From an uncultured Eubacteriales bacterium (lineage in GTDB: Bacteria; Bacillota; Clostridia; Oscillospirales; Oscillospiraceae): 32,000 nt of DNA. Where the stretch lies: contig ONGJ01000025.1 in NCBI GenBank assembly GCA_900317375.1, forward strand, positions 1 to 32,000. Direction: 5' to 3'. Of the stretch, positions 25,280-32,000 are shown one piece after another. A model generated the notes under the pieces. That model did not search any database and was not told the origin of the DNA. It worked only from the letters and a program-made list of their open reading frames with translations. A program made the translations under genes and the position numbers. Within the stretch, counting starts at the first letter, position 1, and every line of letters begins with the position of its first letter.

Positions 25280-25322
25280 GAAAAAAGCAAGGACTGCATC
25301 CAATACAAATGCAGTCCTTGCT
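25280..25322 (-). terminator. rho-independent terminator for minus-strand transcription (after the micropeptide ORFs); also closes the aldolase operon
   Basis: 14-bp stem AGCAAGGACTGCAT / ATGCAGTCCTTGCT. The T-run is present on the minus strand only. Confidence 0.55.
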
Positions 25323-25337
25323 ACGTATTATGATCGG

Positions 25338-25385
25338 TCATTTCCCTTCGCGGTGAGAGAAGCTTTCATAGAACTCTTTCAGCAT
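25338..25385 (-). CDS. candidate micropeptide gene, copy 1 (MLKEFYESFSHREGK)
   Basis: It differs from the 3' 15 codons of copy 2 by six synonymous and zero non-synonymous changes. A TTG two codons upstream is an alternative start. Confidence 0.35.
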   Translation of the reverse strand: MLKEFYESFSHREGK

Positions 25386-25435
25386 TTTCAACGCCTTCTT
25401 TCTGTTCTGTTATGGTTGTCCGGCAGCCGTCCCGG

Positions 25436-25519
25436 TTACTTGCCCTCGCGGTGAGAGAAGCTTTCGTAAAACTCCTTCAGCATTTCCTGCACCTTCTTTC
25501 TCTGTGTTTTTATCCTCAT
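25436..25519 (-). CDS. candidate micropeptide gene, copy 2 (MRIKTQRKKVQEMLKEFYESFSHREGK, 27 aa)
   Basis: ATG follows AGGACAGAG. It is part of a tandem duplication of about 98 bp. Same orientation as cutC, upstream of the terminator at 25280-25322. Confidence 0.4.
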   Translation of the reverse strand: MRIKTQRKKVQEMLKEFYESFSHREGK

Positions 25520-25671
25520 CTCTGTCCTGTTCCCTCAGGACGATTGTATGATAACACAGAGATTTCGAAAAAGGAAATACATATAATAGTCTGGTAATTA
25601 TACGAAAAGGATATCTTGTCCTGCCATCCCGGGATTCGCGCCGGAGGAGGCGTTCTGCCAGCGTTCAGCCG

Positions 25672-26418
25672 TCACAGGCACGCTTTCATTTTTGCGATCG
25701 CCGTGCCGTCGATGATCAGGAACCGGTCCTCCGGCGGATACAGGCACCCGCCATAATAGATGGAGCGGTTGTTCACTGTGGAAAGGTCCGCTGCGCTTCG
25801 GTGAACCGCAACGTGCAGCTGATGTGCGCCGGTTTCCTCCGCCACGCGCCGGAGATTCCGCAGGGTAATGCCCGCGCCGGGAAGAATCTGGATTCTGTCT
25901 CCGGCATAGGCGATCATCTCGCGCACGGTGTCCGCTGCATCGCTGACATCCGGAGCCTGTCCGCTGGTCAGGATCCGCGTGATTCCCAGGTCCGCGAGCA
26001 GGTCCACCGCCTTTTTCCAGTCCGGAACCACGTCAATTGCCCGGTGGAAGACGCTTTCCTTTCCGGCACGCTGCGCAATCCCGGCCAGCCGGTGCGTCCG
26101 TTCCGGGTCGATTTCTCCCTCGGCTGTCAGAAAGCCGAACACCAGTCCGTCAGCGCCGTTCTCGATCAGCAGTTCGGCATCTTCCAGACACACGCGGTAC
26201 TCCGCTTCCGTGTAGCAGAATCCGCCCTCCCGCGGACGCACCATCGTCATGACGGGAATGTCGGTCTCCCGCTTGACGACTCGCAGGGTACCGACGGTCG
26301 GCGTCAGCCCGCCGTGAAACAGGTCGCTGTTCAGTTCCACCCGGTCCGCACCGGCCTGATATGCCTCTATGACGTCATCGGCGCTCCCGCAGCAGACCTC
26401 GAGAAGTATGTTTTTCAT
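25672..26418 (-). CDS. cutC: copper homeostasis protein CutC family
   Basis: MKNILLEVCCGSADDVIEAYQAGADRVELNSDLFHGGLTP... is the typical CutC N-terminus. 248 aa. Confidence 0.85.
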   Translation of the reverse strand: MKNILLEVCCGSADDVIEAYQAGADRVELNSDLFHGGLTPTVGTLRVVKRETDIPVMTMVRPREGGFCYTEAEYRVCLEDAELLIENGADGLVFGFLTAEGEIDPERTHRLAGIAQRAGKESVFHRAIDVVPDWKKAVDLLADLGITRILTSGQAPDVSDAADTVREMIAYAGDRIQILPGAGITLRNLRRVAEETGAHQLHVAVHRSAADLSTVNNRSIYYGGCLYPPEDRFLIIDGTAIAKMKACL

Positions 26419-26650
26419 TTCCTTTTCATCCTCTCCGCCCGGTTATTTTCCCCATTTTATCACACAGATTTTTTCAAAACAACAAAAACAGTCCGCCTCC
26501 AAACAGCCTCTGCCCTTCTCTGCGTGAAGAGCCGCCCTTCCATGCGAAACTGTCTCTTTTCCCGCCCGGTAAAATTGTGCTATAATATCAATACTGTTTC
26601 ATTAAAGCAGAAAGGAGCGCCGGAATCTCCCGTCCGGCGATTGACAATTC

Positions 26651-27535
26651 ATGACCGATTATGTGATCGCAACTTCATCGACCTCGGATTTGCCCAGAAC
26701 CTGGCTTGAGGAACACCACATTCCGTTTATACCCTATACCTATACCGTAAACGAGCAGCTCTGTGAGGATGACTGCAGGGAGGAGTCCCGCGAGGCCGTC
26801 TACCGGGGGATGCGCGCCGGCGACAGGCTGAAGACCTCCATGATCAATGAATTTGTATACTATGACTTTTTCAAGGGCCTGCTCGACAGCGGGAAGGATG
26901 TCATCTTTCTCGACATGTCGCAGAAGATGTCCGTCTCGTTTGAGAACGCCAACAAGGCGGCCGAAAAGATTCGCCCGGAATACCCCGAACAGCGCCTGTA
27001 TGTGATGGACACCCGCTGCATTTCCGGCGGTCTCGGGCTGCTGGTGGAAAACATGGTGCAGCAGAAGGAAGCCGGGGCCGGATGGGAAGACGTGATCGCC
27101 TGGGGTGAGGAAAACAAGCTGAAAATCGCCCACCGCTTTACCGTGGACGATCTGAACTATCTGAAGGCCGGCGGCAGGGTCTCCAACGCCTCCGCTCTGG
27201 TCGGCTCGCTGCTTTCCATCAAGCCGGTTCTCTATGTGCCGGACCGCGGTACGCTGGACGTTGCCAAAAAGGTCCGCGGCAGGAAAGCCGCCCTCCGTGC
27301 CATTATAGACGGCGTTCTGCATGACCTGAGCAAAATTGACCCCACGGGTCTTGAGTTTCGGATCCTGCAGGCCGACTGCCGGGATGACGCCGCCTATGTG
27401 CGCGATGAGATCAAAAAGGCGTATCCGCAGGTGGGCAGGATCACCATCACCGGTCTTGGCGTGGTCATCGGTGCGCATTGCGGGCCGGGTCTGCTGACGG
27501 TCTTTTACCTCTGCGAAAGCCGCCAGCCCGAATAA
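26651..27535 (+). CDS. DegV-family fatty-acid-binding protein
   Basis: 294 aa. N-terminal ...IATSSTSDLP... and overall DegV-like pattern. Confidence 0.8.
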   Translation: MTDYVIATSSTSDLPRTWLEEHHIPFIPYTYTVNEQLCEDDCREESREAVYRGMRAGDRLKTSMINEFVYYDFFKGLLDSGKDVIFLDMSQKMSVSFENANKAAEKIRPEYPEQRLYVMDTRCISGGLGLLVENMVQQKEAGAGWEDVIAWGEENKLKIAHRFTVDDLNYLKAGGRVSNASALVGSLLSIKPVLYVPDRGTLDVAKKVRGRKAALRAIIDGVLHDLSKIDPTGLEFRILQADCRDDAAYVRDEIKKAYPQVGRITITGLGVVIGAHCGPGLLTVFYLCESRQPE

Positions 27536-27541
27536 AACAGG

Positions 27542-27574
27542 AAACGCTGAAGCTGACGTTTCAGCGTTTTCTTT
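27542..27574. terminator. bidirectional terminator between convergent degV and cbiC
   Basis: AAACGCTGAA-N8-TTCAGCGTTT followed by TCTTT. A-rich on the other side. Confidence 0.55.
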
Positions 27575-27586
27575 ATCTGCGCATCA

Positions 27587-28246
27587 TCACCCGAGGCGGG
27601 ATTCCGGCGCGGTCAGATCTGCCGCCTGATAGAGCAGCGCGTTCAGGATTGCCGCGGCGACGGTGCTGCCGCCCTTCCGGCCCATCGCGAGGATGGCGGG
27701 GACGGCGTATTTTATGCAGGCTGCCAGCGCGCGCTCCTTGCTCTCGGTCACGTTGACAAAGCCCACCGGCACCCCGATCACCAGGCCCGGCCGCAGTCCC
27801 TCTTCTATATACTCCGTGAGGCGCAGCAGCGCCGTCGGGGCATTGCCGACGGCATAGACCGCACGCGGATAAAGGGATGCCGCATGCTCCACGGAGGCAG
27901 CGGCGCGTGTGACACCGCGCTCCCGCGCCGCCTGCGCAATGAAAGGCTCTGCCATGAAGCAGAGTGCCTCACAGCCCAGTTTCTGCATCGCCGGCCTGCT
28001 GATCCCCGCCAGGGCCATGTTGCTGTCGGTGATAATGGTGCCGCCGGCCAGTGCCGTATGGGCCTGCCTGACGGCGTCCTGCGTAAAGCGCAGATTCTCG
28101 GCATAGTCAAAGTCCGCTGTCGTATGGATCACGCGTTTCACAACCGCCCCGGTTTCCGCCGGCAGCGTGATGCCGCGCGCGCGGAGCCCGTGCTCGATGA
28201 TCGCCATGCTCTCCCGCTCGATCTCTGCGGGTCTGATCCGTTCCAT
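27587..28246 (-). CDS. cbiC: precorrin-8X/cobalt-precorrin-8 methylmutase
   Basis: MERIRPAEIERESMAIIE...VIHTTADFDY...VGNAPTAL motifs. The ATG at 28246 overlaps the cobQ stop (TGATG). Confidence 0.85.
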   Translation of the reverse strand: MERIRPAEIERESMAIIEHGLRARGITLPAETGAVVKRVIHTTADFDYAENLRFTQDAVRQAHTALAGGTIITDSNMALAGISRPAMQKLGCEALCFMAEPFIAQAARERGVTRAAASVEHAASLYPRAVYAVGNAPTALLRLTEYIEEGLRPGLVIGVPVGFVNVTESKERALAACIKYAVPAILAMGRKGGSTVAAAILNALLYQAADLTAPESRLG

Positions 28247-29727
28247 CAGGCATACTCCTCCATCATGCGATAGATCGCGTCCATATCCAGCGCTTCTCTC
28301 ACGCCTGCCGCCAGCAGGTCGTATTGGCGCTCTCTGCTCTCCCGCCACGGCTCTGCCGCGGCGTTTTTCTTTTCCATCCCTCTGCGGCCGCAGAGCCAGT
28401 CGGCAAGCTTTTCCGTAAGCTCGCCGCTGTCGAACAGACCGTGCAGATAGCTGCCGAAGACATTCCCACTCTGGCAGCCCTCTGCTCTTCCGTCCTCCAG
28501 ACGGCAGAAGGGCTCGCCTCTCACCGCCGTGGCGCCCATGTGGATCTCATACCCTTCAAGCGCCGCCCCGTCGAAGGGTCCGCCCGTCACGGCGGCACGG
28601 ACCCGCGTGAGGGTTTTCCTGGCTTCGAACGCTGTCTCACAGGGCAGCAGGCCCATGCCGGGCAGGGACGGGCAGCTCCCCTCCAGCCCGGCGGTATCCG
28701 TGATCATCCCGCCGAGCATCTGATAGCCGCCGCAGATGCCGAACACCGGCGCTCCGGCGGCGGCAAGATGCAGCACGGCGCTCTCCAGGCCGCTTTGGCG
28801 CAGCCAGAGCAGGTCATCGATCGTGTTCTTGGTGCCGGGCAGGATCAGCAGGTCCGGTGTACCCAGATTTTTCGCATCGGCCACGTAGCGCACGCCGAGC
28901 AGGGGATGCGCCTCCAGCGGGGAAAAGTCTGTAAAATTGGCAATGTGCGGCAGGCGGATCACCGCGATGTCGATCGGCTTTCGCGCCGTCCGTTCCGCAA
29001 GGCAGGGGGCGAGGGAATCCTCGTCGTCGATCCGTACCGGCAAAAACGGCACAACGCCGAGCACCGGGACCCCGGTCAGGCTTTCCAGCTGCCGGAGGCC
29101 GGGGCGCAGAAGCGCCTCGTCGCCGCGGAACTTGTTGATGACAAGGCCCCTGACCCGGGCACGCTCGCGCTTATCCAGCAGCATCACCGTGCCGTACAGC
29201 TGGGCAAAGACCCCGCCGCGGTCGATATCCCCCGCGAGCAGCACCGGCGCATCCACCAGCTCTGCCAGGCCCATGTTCACGATGTCGTTTTCACGCAGAT
29301 TGATCTCCGCCGGGCTGCCCGCTCCCTCGATCACGATCACGTCGTACTCTTCGGCAAGGCTTTCATAGGCCGCCAGGATTTCCGGGACCAGCTGCTTCCT
29401 GTACGCAAAATAGTCCGCCGCTGCCATCTGCGCGCGCACCCGGCCGTTGACGATGACCTGGCTTCCGACATCGCTGGAGGGTTTGAGCAGGATCGGATTC
29501 ATGCGCACATCCGGCTCGATGCCCGCGGCCTCGGCCTGCACGGCCTGGGCACGCCCGATCTCGCCCAGCTGGGGCGTGACATAGCTGTTGAGGGCCATGT
29601 TCTGGCTTTTAAAGGGCGCCGCGCGCAGACCGTCCTGCCGGAAGATCCGGCAGAGCGCCGTGCACAGCAGGCTCTTGCCCGCGCCCGACATGCTGCCCTG
29701 CACCATGATGCGTTTTACCCTGCTCAT
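28246..29727 (-). CDS. cobQ: cobyric acid synthase
   Basis: 493 aa. N-terminal ATPase domain (MVQGSMSGAGKS) plus C-terminal glutamine amidotransferase domain (GICGGYQMLG). Confidence 0.9.
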   Translation of the reverse strand: MSRVKRIMVQGSMSGAGKSLLCTALCRIFRQDGLRAAPFKSQNMALNSYVTPQLGEIGRAQAVQAEAAGIEPDVRMNPILLKPSSDVGSQVIVNGRVRAQMAAADYFAYRKQLVPEILAAYESLAEEYDVIVIEGAGSPAEINLRENDIVNMGLAELVDAPVLLAGDIDRGGVFAQLYGTVMLLDKRERARVRGLVINKFRGDEALLRPGLRQLESLTGVPVLGVVPFLPVRIDDEDSLAPCLAERTARKPIDIAVIRLPHIANFTDFSPLEAHPLLGVRYVADAKNLGTPDLLILPGTKNTIDDLLWLRQSGLESAVLHLAAAGAPVFGICGGYQMLGGMITDTAGLEGSCPSLPGMGLLPCETAFEARKTLTRVRAAVTGGPFDGAALEGYEIHMGATAVRGEPFCRLEDGRAEGCQSGNVFGSYLHGLFDSGELTEKLADWLCGRRGMEKKNAAAEPWRESRERQYDLLAAGVREALDMDAIYRMMEEYA

Positions 29728-30770
29728 GTCAGAACCTCCCTCAGCGCCGCGATCAGGCGCCCGTTCTCCTCCTCCGTCCGCACCGCACAGCGGTACCAGC
29801 TTTCATCGAGGCCGTGAAAGTCGGCACAGCTGCGGATCAGGATCCCGCGCTCACGCAGTCCTTTATCCAGCGGCTGCCTGCTCTGAAAGAGCAGAAAGTT
29901 TGCCTCGCCCGGTATGACGCGCAGCCCGAGGGCCTGCAGCGCGGCAAAAAGCCGCGGGCGCTCGCTGCGGACAAGCGCGCGCACGCGTTCGGCATAGTCC
30001 GGCTCCTCCAGCGCCGCAAGCCCTGCCGCCTGGGCAGGATGCGACACGCTCCAGGGCGGGCCGGAGCGGCGCATCGCGTCCAGGAACGCCGCATCCGCGC
30101 TCAGCCCATAGCCAAGGCGCAGGCCCGCCATGCCCCAAAGCTTGGTAAAGGCCCGGAGAATCAGAAGGGTCGGCTCCCGCGCCAGCAGGGGTTTCCCCGT
30201 ATACAGCGCCGGTTCCTCCAGGAAGCCGAGAAAGCATTCGTCCAGCAGCAGGCGCGTCCCCGCCTCTCCGCAGCGCCCGATGACTGCACGCAGCAGGGAG
30301 GGGTTGATCGTGCGCCCCGTCGGATTGTTGGGGCTGCAGAGGATCAGCAGATCCAGCCCGGGAGCAATCCGGGACAGGATCCGGTCCGTCAGCACAAAGT
30401 CTTCTCCCAGCGGAAATCGGCGTATTTCACAGCCGACAGCCTCCAGCGCCGCCTCGTACTCCCCGAAACAGGGGGCAGTCACCAGCGCGCGCTTCGGTCC
30501 GGCGGCAAAAACCGCGCGCCAGATCAGATCCGCCGCGCCGCTGCCGCAGAGCACCCAGTCCTTGGGGACAGCTTCCCGCGCCGCAAGGGCGGCGCAGAGG
30601 GCGCGGCACTTCGGGTCGGGATAGCGGTCCGCCTCCGACGCCGCCTGCCGGATCGCCGCCTGCACGCCGGGCGGTACGCCGAGCGGGCTGATGCTGGCTG
30701 AAAAATCCAGCGGCGCTCGCCCCTGCTCTTCCTGAAAGGCGGCCCAGTCGCCGCCGTGGTTTCCTGTCAT
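29724..30770 (-). CDS. cobD: threonine-phosphate decarboxylase (class I/II aminotransferase fold)
   Basis: MTGNHGGD... N-terminus, aminotransferase-like body, cob operon context. GAGGAG RBS before ATG 30770. Confidence 0.75.
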   Translation of the reverse strand: MTGNHGGDWAAFQEEQGRAPLDFSASISPLGVPPGVQAAIRQAASEADRYPDPKCRALCAALAAREAVPKDWVLCGSGAADLIWRAVFAAGPKRALVTAPCFGEYEAALEAVGCEIRRFPLGEDFVLTDRILSRIAPGLDLLILCSPNNPTGRTINPSLLRAVIGRCGEAGTRLLLDECFLGFLEEPALYTGKPLLAREPTLLILRAFTKLWGMAGLRLGYGLSADAAFLDAMRRSGPPWSVSHPAQAAGLAALEEPDYAERVRALVRSERPRLFAALQALGLRVIPGEANFLLFQSRQPLDKGLRERGILIRSCADFHGLDESWYRCAVRTEEENGRLIAALREVLT

Positions 30771-31735
30771 CCGAATCTCCTCACAGCGATCCATCGCAGA
30801 TAAGCGCAGGCAAGCAGCAGAAGGATACTCGCACAGACCATCATTCTGTCTGCGCGCAGAATATCCTCCGCAGCGCAGGGGCGGTCTGCATCGCCGAGCG
30901 CTGCCTTTTCGACCTCTCTGCCGAAGTACCGCGCCGGACCGCCGAGCTGAACCCCCAGCGAGCCTGCGCAGGCGCTCTCGGTCTGTCCGGCATTCGGGCT
31001 CAGGTGCAGGTTTCTGTCGCGCCGCCAGATCCGGTACGCACCCCGTGCGTCATGACCGGTCAGCGCCGCCGCGGCAATCCAGAACAGCGCCGCGATGCGT
31101 GACGGCAGAAAATTTGCCGCGTCGTCGAGTCTGGCCGATGCACGGCCGAAATACCGGTACTTCTCGGTTTTGTAGCCCAGCATGCTGTCCATGGTGCTGA
31201 CCGCCTTGAAGGCCAGCGCAAGCGGCGCTCCGCCAAGCGCCATGTACAGCAGCGGGGAGGCAACGCCGTCACAGAAGCCTTCCGCGACGGTTTCCACCGC
31301 CGCCTTCGCAACGCCCTCGGCGTCCAGGCAGTCCGTATCCCGCCCGACAATGCGTGCCACCGCTTTGCGCGCAGCCGGCAGGTCGCCTGCATGCAGGGTC
31401 TCAAAGACGTGCCTGCTTTCCTCTGCGAGACCCCGCACTGCGAGGGCCTGGGCGCACCAGAAGCTCTGCAGCGCGAGCTCGAAAGCAGGATGGATGTGCT
31501 TTGCGAGCAGGCACAGGCCCCAGGGCAGCAGAAAGCTCAGCAGCGTCAGCGAGACGGTAAGCAGTGCTCCGCCCCACAGCTCAAAGCGCGGCGTCGGCGG
31601 GAAAAGCGGCCGGATCCGGCGCTCGTACCAGGTGATGCACTTTCCCATCCCCACGACGGGATGGGGAAGCCACACGGGGTCCCCGAACAGGAGGTCCAGC
31701 ATAAAACCGATCAGCATCGCATGGAGGATCAGCAT
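30767..31735 (-). CDS. cbiB: adenosylcobinamide-phosphate synthase
   Basis: MLILHAMLIGFMLDLLFGDPVWLPHPVVGMGK... is the typical CbiB N-terminus. Membrane protein. Start taken at ATG 31735. Confidence 0.85.
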   Translation of the reverse strand: MLILHAMLIGFMLDLLFGDPVWLPHPVVGMGKCITWYERRIRPLFPPTPRFELWGGALLTVSLTLLSFLLPWGLCLLAKHIHPAFELALQSFWCAQALAVRGLAEESRHVFETLHAGDLPAARKAVARIVGRDTDCLDAEGVAKAAVETVAEGFCDGVASPLLYMALGGAPLALAFKAVSTMDSMLGYKTEKYRYFGRASARLDDAANFLPSRIAALFWIAAAALTGHDARGAYRIWRRDRNLHLSPNAGQTESACAGSLGVQLGGPARYFGREVEKAALGDADRPCAAEDILRADRMMVCASILLLLACAYLRWIAVRRFG

Positions 31736-32000
31736 GCCGCGCTCTCCCCTTCCCGGCTGACGGCCCGCAGCAGGCGAAGCTTCCGCTCCCGCTGCCACAG
31801 CGCTGCGTTATATTCAAGCACATAGCCTCCGCCGAAGGGCGTCGGCAGTGCGAAAAATGCGAACTGCGGCTCGGAAAAGCGCTCCATCACGGCGCGCAGG
31901 GTCCCACCGTGCGCGACGATGACGAGGCTTTCCCGCCCTTCCGCGGCGGCCCGCTCCACGAGGGCGGCGAAAGCGCGGCAGCTTCGGCCGCAGAACTCTG
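31729..32000 (-). CDS. histidine-phosphatase-family protein, N-terminal part outside the window (likely alpha-ribazole phosphatase CobC by context)
   Basis: ...RESLVIVAHGGTLRAVMERF... The frame stays open to position 32000. The stop overlaps the cbiB start. Confidence 0.55.
   Translation of the reverse strand, partial: EFCGRSCRAFAALVERAAAEGRESLVIVAHGGTLRAVMERFSEPQFAFFALPTPFGGGYVLEYNAALWQRERKLRLLRAVSREGESAAC

Noticed and set aside
7114-27574. Similarity between the tRNA-Pro terminator (AAAACGCTGAAATC...GATTTCAGCGTTTTCTTTTTAT) and the degV/cbiC terminator (AAACGCTGAA...TTCAGCGTTTTCTTTAT)
   Set aside because: The match is a short shared stem (ACGCTGAA/TTCAGCGT) plus a T-tract. This is plausibly convergent terminator sequence, and there is no extended flanking homology.
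22147-31825. Long antisense ORFs over the sugar cluster and cobalamin operon (22147-23229 minus, 23574-24653 minus, 25801-26709 plus, 28324-29817 plus, 29814-30701 plus, 31182-31760 plus and others)
   Set aside because: Same reasoning as above. These are GC-rich shadow frames opposite confidently assigned genes, with no RBS or motifs.

Overview
The window is GC-rich, Firmicutes-like chromosome interrupted by a visibly AT-rich island of about 12.4 kb.

**Host backbone**
- Left flank: a sugar ABC transporter operon ending in araA.
- Right flank: a DUF234-type ATPase and an AraC-regulated isomerase/PfkB-kinase/class II aldolase cluster.
- Also on the right: cutC, degV, and a minus-strand cobalamin operon (cbiC-cobQ-cobD-cbiB plus a partial cobC-like gene).

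**Island (7069-19473)**
- It sits in the 3' end of tRNA-Pro(GGG) and is bounded by a perfect 87-bp direct repeat.
- It appears composite. The outer element carries a tyrosine integrase, a WYL regulator, two weakly paralogous unknown genes and a small-gene operon with HNH and GIY-YIG nucleases.
- A nested segment of about 4.2 kb (8294-12547) is bounded by a 23-bp direct repeat. It carries a second small recombinase, a SprT-like protein, an XRE regulator and a frameshifted LRR surface-protein gene.

**Most unusual signal**
- Eight in-frame TAG codons lie in six consecutive same-strand genes (12603-16446).
- Three of them fall between or just upstream of conserved HNH and GIY-YIG motifs, with the reading frame intact.
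- These genes contain no in-frame TAA or TGA and no frameshifts, and every outer-element gene ends in TAA or TGA.
- This pattern fits amber-codon recoding or suppression of one expression module rather than ordinary decay.
- I found no suppressor tRNA in the island.

**Other signals**
- Repeated stem-loop/promoter cassettes.
- Helically phased decamer arrays at three sites.
- An att-like scar beyond attR.
- A duplicated micropeptide gene whose two copies differ only by synonymous changes.

All coordinates were derived by hand and may be off by a few nt. No database search was possible.
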